Source: an uncultured Bacteroidales bacterium
GTDB lineage: Bacteria > Bacteroidota > Bacteroidia > Bacteroidales > Bacteroidaceae
Direction: 5' to 3'
Length of the DNA stretch: 64,000 nucleotides
Assembly (NCBI GenBank): GCA_945787885.1
Contig: CALZJF010000002.1
Location: 33,264-97,263 of the forward strand
Positions 1 to 11,375 of the stretch are shown here, one piece after another. Numbering within the stretch: position 1 is the stretch's first letter; each line of letters opens with the position of its first letter. A program made the position numbers and the translations under genes. Under the pieces are notes generated by a model that was not told the DNA's origin, did no database searches, and saw only the letters and a list, made by a program, of their open reading frames with translations.

Positions 1-2589
1 GTAGAGGAAGATGGCGATGAGCGAGAGGAAGGTGGCGATGACTGCACCGCGCGTCATGTCGGCAGCGACGCTCGAACCTACCTTCTGTGCGCTGATAATC
101 GAACCTCCCGTCTTGTTGTCGCGGTCCTTGAAGGTAGCGTAGTCAGCCTTGATGAGCTTCGCATCGGTCAGAGCCTGCCAGATGAGCTTCTCGACTTCCT
201 GATCCACTTCCTGTCCGTTCTGCTCAATCTTATAAGAGGTAGAGATACGGATGGCGGGGTTCGAGGTGGTGACGATGGCCAGACAGCTGACTGTACCCTC
301 CGTGCCTACCTTCTCCTGAACGGCAGCCTTCACCTCTTCCGGCTCTACTGGCTGCTCAAATTCTACGACATAGTTGCGACCACCCGTGAAGTCAATGCCT
401 TGCTGCAAACCGCGGATGCCGAGGCTGGCACCGCAAATGACAATGAGGGCAGCGAATACAATGAACGACTTGCGCGCCATACCCATGAAGGCATACTCCG
501 TGTCCGTAGCGAAACGGCGAGAGAGAGCGGTGACGAAACTTACATTCGTCCACTTATCACGACTGAGGAAGTGCTCATATACCATACGCGTAATCCAAAC
601 AGCAGTGAAGAAGCTGGCAACGATGCCAATACCGAGCGTCATGGCGAAACCGCGGATGGAACCCGTACCGACATTGTAGAGGATAACGGCAGTGATGATA
701 GAGGTCAAGTTGGAGTCGAAGATAGCGCTGAAGGCATTGTCGTAACCATCAGCAAGGGATTCCTTCAACTGTTTGCCTGCGCGCAGACCCTCCTTCGTAC
801 GTTCGTAGATAAGCACGTTGGCATCGACTGCCATACCGAGCGAGAGGACGAGACCGGCGATACCCGACATCGTCAGCGCAGCCTGGAAGGAAGTGAGGAT
901 TCCGAAGGTGAAGAAGAAGTTGATGAGCAGTGCGCAGTTGGCCACCATACCCGGCACGAGGCCATAGTAGAGCACCATGAAGAACATCAGGAATACGAAA
1001 GCCACAACGCAGCTGATGAATCCAGCCTTGACGGATGCTGCACCGAGGCTCGGACCAACGGTCTCTTCCTGAACGATAGTCGTCGGAGCGGGCATCTTAC
1101 CACTTTTGAGCACATTGGCAAGGTCTTGCGTATCCTGTGCAGAGAAGTTTCCGCTAATTTGGCTCTGTCCGCCCGTGATTTCACTCTGGATGGTCGGCGC
1201 GCTATATACGTAGCCGTCGAGCACGATGGCAACGGGGCGCTTGAGGTTCTTCTTCGTAATCATAGCCCAGTCGCGTGCGCCATCGGTGTTCATCGTCATG
1301 GACACCACGGGGCGGTGATACTGGTCATAGTCGTCCTTTGCGTTCTCGATGACATCGCCAGCCAGAGCGGGCTCGCCATTCGTGCGGCGCAGGGCATAGA
1401 GTTCAAAGAGATTTCCACCCTTGAACATATCGCTGGGCTTCACGCTCCAAGCCAGATAAAGGTCAGAGGGCAGGACTTCGCGAGCGGCAGCACTGCGGAT
1501 AAATTCGCCCACGGCAGCGGTGTCAGCACTGGCAACATAGCCGACAACGCAACTGTTGGGGTTGATGAAGCTCTGCTGGCCGTTGCCCTGAATCAGACGG
1601 CTGAGCAAGGGGTGTGCAGCGCGTGCAGCCTGCAGTGCCTTATCGTCAACGGCAGGCTCAGCGGCCTTTTCCTCGCCGTCCTTTGCAGTCTTGGCTCCCG
1701 TCTTGAAGGCGTCGGCCATGTCTTTCTTCTTGTCAGCAGGTGCAGCCTCGGCGGTTTCCTCAGCCTTAGCCTCTTCCTTCGTTTCAGCTACTGCGGTGGT
1801 ATCAGCCTGAGCCTGCTCGCCCTTCGCAGCCTGAGCAAGACGGCTGTCAAGTGCCTGCAGGGCAGGATTGATTTCGCTGAAGAGATAGCACTCCCAAAAT
1901 TCCAGGTTTGCGCTTCCCTGAAGAAGATTACGCACACGCTCGGGCTCTTTGATACCCGGCATTTCGACCATGATCTGTCCCATTTGTCCGCGTCCCTCGA
2001 GGATTTGGATGTTGGGCTGAGCCACACCGAAGCGGTCGATACGGTTCTGCACGACCTGATAGGAGTTGCTGACGGCGGCCTTGATTTCTGTCTCAAGAGC
2101 ACTTCTCACCTGAGCATCGCTGCTATTGGGAGTGATGTTAGCCTCTTTCAGCTTGAGAGCAAAGACGCCTCCGAGCTGGTTTTTGCCAGCCTTCTCCTGA
2201 TACTTGCGGATGAAGACATCGAGGAAATCCTCGCTGCTCTGCTCCGCCTCTGCCGTGGCCTCTTCGATGGCAGCCTTGACCTTCGGGTCGTTAGCGTTCG
2301 TTCCGGCCAGATTCTTTACAACATCGGGCACGCTGACCTCGAGGATGACGTTCATACCACCCTTCAGGTCAAGTCCGAGACCGATTTGCAACTCTTCACA
2401 CTGCTTGTAGGTGTAACCGAGATACACCTCTTCCTGACGCAAGGAGTCAAGGAACGCCTTGCCCTGCACCTCGCCCATCTCGGCAGCCTTGCCCTCGTAG
2501 TGACGGGTGACGAAGCTGAAGCTGAGATAGAACAGGCAGATCAAGCCAAGAAGCAATGCGATGATTTTGACAAATACTTTGTTTTGCAT
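1..2589 (-). CDS. secDF: Protein translocase subunit SecDF (fused); 3' end lies beyond the window edge
   Basis: Not in the ORF track. Manual minus-strand translation from the ATG at 2589 gives MQNKVFVKIIALLLGLICLFYLSFSFVTRHY..., with the SecD motif LPGIKEPERVRNLLQGSANLEFWE. The + strand ORF 400-2622 is its antisense shadow. Confidence 0.93.
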   Translation of the reverse strand, partial: MQNKVFVKIIALLLGLICLFYLSFSFVTRHYEGKAAEMGEVQGKAFLDSLRQEEVYLGYTYKQCEELQIGLGLDLKGGMNVILEVSVPDVVKNLAGTNANDPKVKAAIEEATAEAEQSSEDFLDVFIRKYQEKAGKNQLGGVFALKLKEANITPNSSDAQVRSALETEIKAAVSNSYQVVQNRIDRFGVAQPNIQILEGRGQMGQIMVEMPGIKEPERVRNLLQGSANLEFWECYLFSEINPALQALDSRLAQAAKGEQAQADTTAVAETKEEAKAEETAEAAPADKKKDMADAFKTGAKTAKDGEEKAAEPAVDDKALQAARAAHPLLSRLIQGNGQQSFINPNSCVVGYVASADTAAVGEFIRSAAAREVLPSDLYLAWSVKPSDMFKGGNLFELYALRRTNGEPALAGDVIENAKDDYDQYHRPVVSMTMNTDGARDWAMITKKNLKRPVAIVLDGYVYSAPTIQSEITGGQSQISGNFSAQDTQDLANVLKSGKMPAPTTIVQEETVGPSLGAASVKAGFISCVVAFVFLMFFMVLYYGLVPGMVANCALLINFFFTFGILTSFQAALTMSGIAGLVLSLGMAVDANVLIYERTKEGLRAGKQLKESLADGYDNAFSAIFDSNLTSIITAVILYNVGTGSIRGFAMTLGIGIVASFFTAVWITRMVYEHFLSRDKWTNVSFVTALSRRFATDTEYAFMGMARKSFIVFAALIVICGASLGIRGLQQGIDFTGGRNYVVEFEQPVEPEEVKAAVQEKVGTEGTVSCLAIVTTSNPAIRISTSYKIEQNGQEVDQEVEKLIWQALTDAKLIKADYATFKDRDNKTGGSIISAQKVGSSVAADMTRGAVIATFLSLIAIFLY

Positions 2590-2765
2590 TTGGTTGAACT
2601 TGTGTTTTTATTGTGTTTATAATTGTTTTTCCGATAACCGACGTTTTATTGACGAATCAGGCTGGAGTTTGCGTCATGCTGCCACATTGATTTTCTGATG
2701 GCGGAGCATAGTTCGGGCATAGCGCAACGGCATTCTGCCCCCGAAAAAACTCACTTTTGAGCGTG

Positions 2766-2773
2766 CAAATATA
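2766..2773 (-). promoter_or_regulatory. Bacteroidetes -7 promoter element (TATATTTG) for secDF
   Basis: Matches the TAnnTTTG consensus, about 180 bp upstream of secDF. Confidence 0.45.
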
Positions 2774-2858
2774 GTCATATTTTCCAAAACGCAAGGGAGA
2801 TATGCCGCAAAAAGGGGCTTTTTTGCCTGATTACGAGCGTTTTCTGTAAATTTATGAT

Positions 2859-2866
2859 TAACTTTG
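2859..2866 (+). promoter_or_regulatory. Bacteroidetes -7 promoter element (TAACTTTG) for metG
   Basis: Matches TAnnTTTG and is divergent from the secDF element. Confidence 0.55.
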
Positions 2867-2994
2867 CGCGGTGGGAGTTTGAAACATGTCCGAGTTTTTT
2901 CGTATATTCTGCGGGCGTTCGCCCTATTTTTACAGGCTTCTCCCCCACTTCCGGCACGCCTCTGCCCATCGCCGTGAAGAGTCTGACGCCTCGC

Positions 2995-3036
2995 GTTTCT
3001 GCGTCCGACATCATGGTTTCTGCGTCCGGCATCATG
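2995..3036. repeat. 2 x 21-bp direct repeat GTTTCTGCGTCCGRCATCATG in the metG leader
   Basis: Directly visible, one mismatch. Confidence 0.8.
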
Positions 3037-3080
3037 AATCCCCCCGTTCGTCAATCATTACAATACAAATACCGAGATTT

Positions 3081-5144
<2,064 letters not shown>

Positions 5145-5168
5145 TCCCCGCCGCCATCGCCATCCAAT

Positions 5169-5213
5169 GCAAAATCCCCTGTCGGCCCTCATCGGGTCGG
5201 CAGGGGATTTTGC
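5169..5213. terminator. Bidirectional intrinsic terminator between metG and the GH108 gene
   Basis: GCAAAATCCCCTGTCGGCCC / GGGTCGGCAGGGGATTTTGC hairpin between convergent genes. Confidence 0.85.
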
Positions 5214-5254
5214 GTTTTACAGTCCCTCATCCTGCATCCTACAGCGCGCCCCGC

Positions 5255-5836
5255 CTACCTTGAAGCCCGCCTGTCGAATTTTATATCGCGCACGCGGCGC
5301 GTCCATCCGTTCCCGAACCGGCACCATGTGGGCAGGCGGCGGTAGTAGTGCAGGCGGGCAGAAGTCAGACGACTGAAGAGAATGTCGGCAGGCTGGGCGT
5401 TGATGGCAGCGATGGTGCGCGGACCGATGATACCATCAGCCCTGACGCCCACCGTTCGCTGCACCACGCGCGGCGCACCGCCACTCGTTATCATGAAATC
5501 CACAATCATGTTCGCCACACTCTGGTTCAGAATGTCGTCGGCCTGCGCGCGGTCCCAATAGCCCTGCCTGATGATGCCGTACCATTGCTCATAGGTCATG
5601 GCGCGCAGGTCGGCAAGGTCGCGGTTGCCATCGTCGTCATTGTCGTAGCCCATACGCCTCCAAGTGTCGAGCGTGATGCCGCTGTTGGTCCATCCTCCAA
5701 CGTCGTGCGAATTGAGTTTAGTGGTTTTCACAACGTTGAAGAGGTCGCCGGGATTGGGAAACTGACAGATTTGCGACTGTGTGGCGCCGCACTCCCATTT
5801 CAAGACGTGAATGACGAGATAATCCAATTTTGCCAT
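5255..5836 (-). CDS. Glycoside hydrolase family 108 lysozyme/endolysin-like protein with peptidoglycan-binding domain
   Basis: MAKLDYLVIHVLKWECG...DVGGWTNSGIT (E-x-G and D-x-GG-x-T-x-x-GIT motifs), YWDRAQAD, VQRTVGVRADGIIGPRT (PG-binding), FGNGWTRR. Confidence 0.85.
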   Translation of the reverse strand: MAKLDYLVIHVLKWECGATQSQICQFPNPGDLFNVVKTTKLNSHDVGGWTNSGITLDTWRRMGYDNDDDGNRDLADLRAMTYEQWYGIIRQGYWDRAQADDILNQSVANMIVDFMITSGGAPRVVQRTVGVRADGIIGPRTIAAINAQPADILFSRLTSARLHYYRRLPTWCRFGNGWTRRVRDIKFDRRASR

Positions 5837-5875
5837 AGTTCCATATTTTAGTACATTAAACTTATTTTGACGCGG

Positions 5876-5883
5876 CAAAATTA
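5876..5883 (-). promoter_or_regulatory. -7 promoter element (TAATTTTG) for the GH108 gene
   Basis: TAnnTTTG match 40 bp upstream of the ATG at 5836. Confidence 0.5.
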
Positions 5884-6036
5884 AACAACAAAGCCCAATT
5901 TCAGACGCACAGCCAGTCGCAAAAACCACCAACAACACGCAAAATTTTCTGAAACAGCCAGAAAATAGGCTTCTTTGTGTCAAATCATGACGGAAAGATG
6001 AATCAAAAAACAGCCAAGCCCACATGGGGCTTAGGC

Positions 6037-6084
6037 AAAAAAAACGAGGCTGCACTGCCATCCGGTGGATGCAATGCAGCCTCG
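6037..6084 (-). terminator. Intrinsic terminator of kbl
   Basis: CGAGGCTGCA/TGCAGCCTCG stem followed by T8 on the minus strand. Confidence 0.8.
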
Positions 6085-6111
6085 CCATGAGGTTTTCGGC
6101 ATTTCGCCAGT

Positions 6112-6161
6112 CAAGCTGCTTGTTTCAGAACGCCAAGCTGCTTATTTCAGAACGCCAAGCT
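6112..6161. repeat. 22-bp tandem duplication spanning the kbl stop codon
   Basis: CAAGCTGCTTGTTTCAGAACGC (6112-6133), CAAGCTGCTTATTTCAGAACGC (6134-6155), then CAAGCT. Confidence 0.8.
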
Positions 6162-7329
6162 CCTTGCCTACCTTGACGAAGGCGGCGATACACTTGTCGA
6201 GATGCTCGCGCTCGTGGGCAGCGGAAATCTGCACGCGGATGCGGGCCTGCCCCTGCGGTACTACGGGATAGAAGAATCCCGTCACGTAGATGCCCTCTTC
6301 CTGAAGAGCTGCCGCGAAGCGCTGCGAAAGGGGCGCATCGTAGAGCATGACGGCGCAGATGGCACTCTGAGTAGGCTTGATGTCGAAGCCAGCCTCCAGC
6401 ATCTTGTCGCGGAAATAGTTCACGTTCTCCACCAGCTTATCGTGCAGCGCATTGCTCTCGCGCAGGATGTTGAAGGTCTCGATGGCAGCGCCCACCACCG
6501 AGGGGGGAATGCTGTTGGAGAAGAGATACGGGCGGCTGCGCTGACGGAGCATGTCAATAATCTCCTTACGTCCCGTGGTGAATCCGCCGACGGCACCGCC
6601 AAAGGCCTTGCCCAACGTGCCCGTATAGATATCCACGCGGCCATAGGTGTTGAAAAATTCGCTCACACCGTGGCCCGTGGCTCCCACCACGCCCGCAGAA
6701 TGGCTCTCATCGACCATGACGAGGGCATCATACTTTTCTGCCAGATCGCATATCTTGTCCATCGGAGCCACATTGCCGTCCATCGAGAAGACGCCGTCGG
6801 TGACGATGATGCGGAAGCGCTGTGCCTGAGCCGCCTGCAACTGGCGCTCCAAATCCTCCATGTCGGCATTGGCATAGCGATAGCGGACAGCCTTGCAAAG
6901 GCGCACGCCGTCGATGATGGAAGCATGGTTGAGGGCATCGCTGATGATGGCATCGTCCTTCGTCAGCAGGGGTTCGAACACACCGCCGTTGGCATCGAAG
7001 CAAGCGGCATAGAGGATGGTGTCTTCCGTGTGGAAATATTCGCTGATGGCAGCCTCCAGCTGCTTGTGGAGGTCTTGGCATCCGCAGATGAAGCGCACGC
7101 TCGACATGCCGTAGCCACGGCGATCCATGGCATCCTTGGCAGCTTGTATGAGGCGCGGATTGTTAGAAAGTCCCAGATAGTTGTTGGCGCAGAAGTTCAG
7201 CACTGTCTTTCCGCCCACCTGAATGGCAGCCTGCTGCGGGCCTTCAATCAGACGCTCGCTCTTGTAAAGGCCAGCTTCGCGGATAGCAGCCAGCTCGTTC
7301 TGAAGATGCTCTTGAAATTTTCCGTACAT
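6142..7329 (-). CDS. kbl: Glycine C-acetyltransferase (2-amino-3-ketobutyrate CoA ligase)
   Basis: NFCANNYLGL, SVRFICG, DALNHASIIDG, VDESH, GTLGKA (PLP lysine), SRPYLFSN, ARIRVQISAAH. Confidence 0.96.
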   Translation of the reverse strand: MYGKFQEHLQNELAAIREAGLYKSERLIEGPQQAAIQVGGKTVLNFCANNYLGLSNNPRLIQAAKDAMDRRGYGMSSVRFICGCQDLHKQLEAAISEYFHTEDTILYAACFDANGGVFEPLLTKDDAIISDALNHASIIDGVRLCKAVRYRYANADMEDLERQLQAAQAQRFRIIVTDGVFSMDGNVAPMDKICDLAEKYDALVMVDESHSAGVVGATGHGVSEFFNTYGRVDIYTGTLGKAFGGAVGGFTTGRKEIIDMLRQRSRPYLFSNSIPPSVVGAAIETFNILRESNALHDKLVENVNYFRDKMLEAGFDIKPTQSAICAVMLYDAPLSQRFAAALQEEGIYVTGFFYPVVPQGQARIRVQISAAHEREHLDKCIAAFVKVGKELGVLK

Positions 7330-7453
7330 AGTATGAGGATTGTAGGTTATGATGAAAGATGACTACGATTGTGTAGGTTATGATGAAAGGGATTACTATA
7401 GGCTTAATGAAAAAGAGGCTTTGGCAATAGGGTTTTGAAGCCTTACACACAGG

Positions 7454-7461
7454 CAAAATTA
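7454..7461 (-). promoter_or_regulatory. -7 promoter element (TAATTTTG) for kbl
   Basis: TAnnTTTG match. Confidence 0.55.
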
Positions 7462-7536
7462 CGGCCTTTTTTCCGAAAACGCGCAGGGAACAGGGGAAAA
7501 AAGCGAAAAAAATTTTGCGCATACTTGAACTTGCGG

Positions 7537-7544
7537 TAACTTTG
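7537..7544 (+). promoter_or_regulatory. -7 promoter element (TAACTTTG) for tdh
   Basis: TAnnTTTG match about 170 bp upstream of the ATG at 7714. Confidence 0.6.
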
Positions 7545-7561
7545 CTGCGTTATGCAAGAGT

Positions 7562-7675
7562 AAAGACCAGCAATGCCTGCCAGCAGCCACCGCAGCGAAG
7601 CCCGGCAGATGCCGCTGCGGATGAGGCCAACTTCGCCAAGCAGCCGCCTGCCTTTCATAGGCGGTCTTTCTCTTT
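7562..7675 (+). promoter_or_regulatory. Candidate structured 5' leader (attenuator/riboswitch-like) of tdh
   Basis: Hairpin CCGCAGC/GCTGCGG (7590-7620). Terminator-like CCGCCT/AGGCGG followed by TCTTTCTCTTT (7644-7675). Competing pairing AAAGACC (7562-7568) with GGTCTTT (7663-7669). Confidence 0.4.
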
Positions 7676-7713
7676 CCGTTCTGAAAAACACCTCTCTATT
7701 ATCCCAACAAACA

Positions 7714-8667
7714 ATGAAGAACATACTCGTGATTGGAGCAACGGGCCAGATAGGCTCGGAACTCACTATGAAACTTCGTGGCATCTATGGCAACTCGCAC
7801 GTCGTTGCCGGATACATTCACGGCGCAGAGCCCAAAGGCGAACTCTTGGAAAGCGGGCCGGCGGAGGTTTGCGATGTGACCGACGGTGCGGCCGTAGCAG
7901 CCGTGGTGAAGAAATACGGAATCGACACCATCTACAATCTGGCAGCCCTGCTCAGCGTGGTGGCAGAAAACAAGCCGCGCCTGGCATGGAAGATTGGAAT
8001 CGACGGTCTGTGGAACATCCTTGAAGTGGCACGCGAGAATAGCTGTGCTGTCTTCACCCCTTCGAGCATCGGAAGTTTCGGCCCGGAGACTCCCGCCGAC
8101 GGCACGCCTCAAGACACGGTGCAGCGTCCGCGTACGATTTACGGCGTTTCAAAAGTCACCACCGAGCTCCTCTCAGACTGGTATTTCCGCAAATACGGCG
8201 TCGATACGCGTTCCGTGCGCTTCCCCGGGCTCATCAGTAATGTCACTCCCCCGGGCGGCGGCACGACGGACTATGCCGTCGACATCTACTACGCTGCCGT
8301 GCGTGGCGAGCGTTTCGTATGCCCCATTGCTGCCGGCACGTATATGGACATGATGTATATGCCCGATGCGCTTCAGGCGTGCGTGCAGCTCATGGAAGCC
8401 GACCCTGCCCGCCTCGTTCACCGCAATGGTTTCAACATTGCCTCCATGTCGTTCGAGCCCAGTCAGATTTATGCTGCCATACGTCGCCATTGCCCCGACT
8501 TCGAAATGGTCTATGAAGTAGATGCCTTGAAGCAGAGCATCGCCTCGAGTTGGCCCAACAGTCTCGACGACAGCTGCGCCCGCGCTGAATGGGATTGGAA
8601 TCCCACCTTCGACCTCGACAGCATGACAGCAGACATGCTCGAAAAGCTCCGCAAACGCCTGGGATAA
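7714..8667 (+). CDS. tdh: NAD-dependent epimerase-family (SDR-type) L-threonine 3-dehydrogenase
   Basis: MKNILVIGATGQIGSEL, YNLAALLS, PSSIG, YGVSK (YxxxK), PGGGTTDYAV. Divergent from kbl, the next step in threonine catabolism. Confidence 0.85.
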   Translation: MKNILVIGATGQIGSELTMKLRGIYGNSHVVAGYIHGAEPKGELLESGPAEVCDVTDGAAVAAVVKKYGIDTIYNLAALLSVVAENKPRLAWKIGIDGLWNILEVARENSCAVFTPSSIGSFGPETPADGTPQDTVQRPRTIYGVSKVTTELLSDWYFRKYGVDTRSVRFPGLISNVTPPGGGTTDYAVDIYYAAVRGERFVCPIAAGTYMDMMYMPDALQACVQLMEADPARLVHRNGFNIASMSFEPSQIYAAIRRHCPDFEMVYEVDALKQSIASSWPNSLDDSCARAEWDWNPTFDLDSMTADMLEKLRKRLG

Positions 8668-8721
8668 GGCATACAAACATTCGTCACATCAATAGCCGCG
8701 GCAGCAAAACGCGGCAGGAAA

Positions 8722-8757
8722 AACAAAAAGGCAGAGGACATCCTCTGCCTTTTTGTT
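8722..8757. terminator. Intrinsic terminator after tdh
   Basis: Perfect stem AACAAAAAGGCAGAGG-ACAT-CCTCTGCCTTTTTGTT. Confidence 0.85.
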
Positions 8758-8777
8758 GAAGTTTGCGAAACTTTAAA

Positions 8778-8856
8778 GGTAGGTTCTATAAATTAGTTTT
8801 CAATGTAAGGCAGTGTGTCTGTCTTACTTATCGCAAGCTAATTGATAGAACCTACC
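8778..8856. mobile_element. MITE copy 1 (79 bp), TSD TAAA
   Basis: TIR GGTAGGTTCTAT(A/C)AATTAG, 18/19 match. TAAA at 8774-8777 and 8857-8860. Confidence 0.85.
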
Positions 8857-8873
8857 TAAAGCCATTCTTGCCG

Positions 8874-9046
8874 CGGCAATGACCATTTTGAGGGGTCAAA
8901 ACGATGAATTTGGGGGTCAAAATGATGACTTTGAGGGTTGAAAATGGTCACTCCGGAGGTGCGGCCTCCACGGAACGCTTGAGAAGTTCAGGATTTTCAG
9001 TCAGAAAGGTATCTCCATATTGTCCGCAAGCAGGCATTTTCAGGGA
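8874..9046. repeat. Dispersed element: 21-22-bp periodic array plus tail ending CAGGCATTTTCAGGGA
   Basis: Units GACCATTTTGAGGGGTCAAAAC / GATGAATTTGGGGGTCAAAAT / GATGACTTTGAGGGTTGAAAAT. Homologous to 27291-27458. Confidence 0.7.
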
Positions 9047-9128
9047 CATGATACAGAGGAACCAGGGAGAGGAGGCTGCGCCTGGGGGCAAATGCGCTCT
9101 GATAGGGCGTTCGATATTTGTGAATTAA

Positions 9129-9207
9129 GGTAGGTTCTATAAATTAGTTTTCAATGTAAGGCAGTGTTTCTGTCTTACTTATCGCAAGCTAATTGATAGA
9201 ACCTACC
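9129..9207. mobile_element. MITE copy 2 (79 bp), TSD TTAA
   Basis: One substitution relative to copy 1. TTAA at 9125-9128 and 9208-9211. Confidence 0.85.
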
Positions 9208-9372
9208 TTAAACGCGGAATATAGTAGGGCGGGCAGATGCGCCGCATGGCTGCGCGTCTGCCTGAAACATGATTTTGCCCCAATCCAGCTATTTTGGCCC
9301 GTCCTGGCCATAACAATCAAGGCTGGCTGTTTTGACAAGCCAAGAGCCGGAGCAGGCAGAATCATCCGCTGT

Positions 9373-11079
9373 TCAGGGGCGTTCCAAAGCCTGCTCATGG
9401 ACTCCAGCGACGGCGCGGCCGCTGGGATCGTTCAGATGCTTGAAGGCAGCATCCCACGCCAAGGCTTCGGCGGTGGAACAGGCCACGCTCGGCACACTCG
9501 GCACACTGCGGGCAGCACTGTCGGAGGGGAAATGCTCGGCAAAGATGGAGCGGTAGTAGTACTCCTCCTTGTTCTGGGGCGGATTGATGGGGAAACGCTC
9601 GGCGGCGTGTGCCATCTCTTCATCGCTTACAGCAGATGCCGTAAGTTCCTTCAGCGTGTCGATCCAGGAATACCCCACCCCGTCGCTGAACTGCTCCTTC
9701 TGCCGCCATGCCACCTCTTCGGGGAGCAGTTCGGCAAAGGCTTCGCGGACGATGCGCTTCTCCATCGTCTTCCCCGGACACATCTTGGCAGTAGGGTTGA
9801 GCCGCATGGCAATATCGAGAAACTCCTTGTCGAGGAAGGGCACACGGCCCTCTACGCCCCACGCCGAAAGACTCTTGTTGGCGCGGAGACAGTCGTAAAG
9901 ATAGAGTTTCGAGAGCTTCCGCACCGTCTCCTCGTGGAACGCACGGGCATCGGGAGCCTTGTGGAAATAGAGATAGCCGCCGAAAATCTCATCGGCACCC
10001 TCGCCGGAGAGCACCATCTTGATGCCCATGCTCTTGATGACACGGGCCAGGAGATACATGGGCGTGCTGGCGCGGACGGTCGTCACGTCGTAGGTCTCGA
10101 TGAAATAGATGACATCGCGAATGGCATCCAGACCTTCCTGAATGGTGTAGTTGATTTCGTGATGCACAGTGCCGATGCGGTCTGCCACGAGGCGCGCCTT
10201 TGCCAAATCGGGCGCGCCCTTCAGCCCGACGGCAAAGGAATGGAGGCGCGGCCAATACGCCTCGCTGCGGCCGTCTTCTTCGATGCGGCGGGCAGAGAAG
10301 CGGGCAGCGATGGCGGAGATGACGGACGAATCGAGACCGCCGGAGAGGAGGACACCATAGGGGACATCGCTCATCAGTTGTCTGCGCACGGCGTCCTCCA
10401 GTCCGTGCCTGACGTCAGAAGCAGAGGCAGGATTGGACTTCACCGCATCGTAGTCCGTCCAGTCGCGGTGGTAATAGCGCGTCATGCCGGGCGTTTTGCT
10501 CCAGTAGAAATGTCCGGGCAGGAAGGGCTCATAGCGGTCGCACTGCCCTTCCAAAGCCTTCAGCTCGCTGGCGACATAGACCATGCCGTCGGCATCGTAG
10601 CCGATGTAGAGGGGGATGACGCCGATGGGGTCGCGGGCAATGAGGAAGGCATCGCGTTCGACATCGTAGAGGGCAAAGGCGAAGATGCCGCTCAGCTGCT
10701 CCATCATGGCGGTGATGTCGGCGGCAGTGGGCTGGGGGTGGGCCGCCATCATGGCGCGATAGAGGGGGAGGATGACCTCGCAGTCGCTGCGCGTCTGGAA
10801 GAGATAGCCGTCGTGCATACGCCGACGGAGGTCCTGATGATTATAGATTTCGCCATTGACGGCGAGCACCTGCTTCTTGTCGGGGGAAAAGAGGGGTTGT
10901 CTGCCAGACTCCGGATCGACGATGCTCAGGCGTTCATGGGCAAGGATGGCGGAGCCACCGCTGTAGATGCCGCTCCAGTCGGGACCACGATGCCGGATTT
11001 TCTGACTCATTCTCAACGCCTTCTGGCGGAGTTCCGCACTCTGCATGCGGATGTTGAATAGGGAGACGATGCCACACAT
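9373..11079 (-). CDS. asnB: Asparagine synthase B (glutamine-hydrolysing)
   Basis: MCGI N-terminal nucleophile Cys, RHRGPDWSG, NGEIYNH, LSGGLDSS, SGEGADE, RVPFLD, RQKEQFSDGVG. Confidence 0.97.
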   Translation of the reverse strand: MCGIVSLFNIRMQSAELRQKALRMSQKIRHRGPDWSGIYSGGSAILAHERLSIVDPESGRQPLFSPDKKQVLAVNGEIYNHQDLRRRMHDGYLFQTRSDCEVILPLYRAMMAAHPQPTAADITAMMEQLSGIFAFALYDVERDAFLIARDPIGVIPLYIGYDADGMVYVASELKALEGQCDRYEPFLPGHFYWSKTPGMTRYYHRDWTDYDAVKSNPASASDVRHGLEDAVRRQLMSDVPYGVLLSGGLDSSVISAIAARFSARRIEEDGRSEAYWPRLHSFAVGLKGAPDLAKARLVADRIGTVHHEINYTIQEGLDAIRDVIYFIETYDVTTVRASTPMYLLARVIKSMGIKMVLSGEGADEIFGGYLYFHKAPDARAFHEETVRKLSKLYLYDCLRANKSLSAWGVEGRVPFLDKEFLDIAMRLNPTAKMCPGKTMEKRIVREAFAELLPEEVAWRQKEQFSDGVGYSWIDTLKELTASAVSDEEMAHAAERFPINPPQNKEEYYYRSIFAEHFPSDSAARSVPSVPSVACSTAEALAWDAAFKHLNDPSGRAVAGVHEQALERP

Positions 11080-11375
11080 ATTGTTTCTGCTGAGGAATAT
11101 AAAAAGGTTTTTGTGTTTTTCCGAATTGGCACGGTATGTGCTAAAAAAAATCGGAGTGAATGCCTGTTAAGTAGGGGCAAAAATATGGCTTTTCGGCCTA
11201 TGCCTGCCTTCCTGTCTGCGTAAAATCGGGAGAAGGGAAGACGCAGGAAGCAGAAGTGGCGAGTCGGGGTGTCAAAAAACAGCGCGAATTTGTCAAAAAT
11301 TCTCCGTCTCTCTTCCCCACCCTGCTGCGGAAAGGCCTCTGCATCAGGGATTAAGTAGGCCGTGAAAATGAGTTT

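Noticed and set aside
400-2622. 740-aa + strand ORF
   Set aside because: Antisense shadow of secDF; no recognisable motifs.
7341-7389. 18-bp direct repeat TGTAGGTTATGATGAAAG in the kbl leader
   Set aside because: Real, but most simply a local duplication; nothing supports an operator role.
7562-7675. Known glycine riboswitch or T-box upstream of tdh
   Set aside because: Characteristic conserved motifs were not found by eye; kept only as an unclassified candidate.
8778-9207. Paired MITEs (also 26628-26905) as mini composite transposons
   Set aside because: Each copy has its own distinct TSD pair, so they are independent insertions.
9193-11061. Long antisense ORFs opposite real genes (also 6202-7362, 24268-26646, 47393-49312, 56735-59134 and others)
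   Set aside because: They mirror well-supported genes on the other strand, as expected from GC-rich codon bias.
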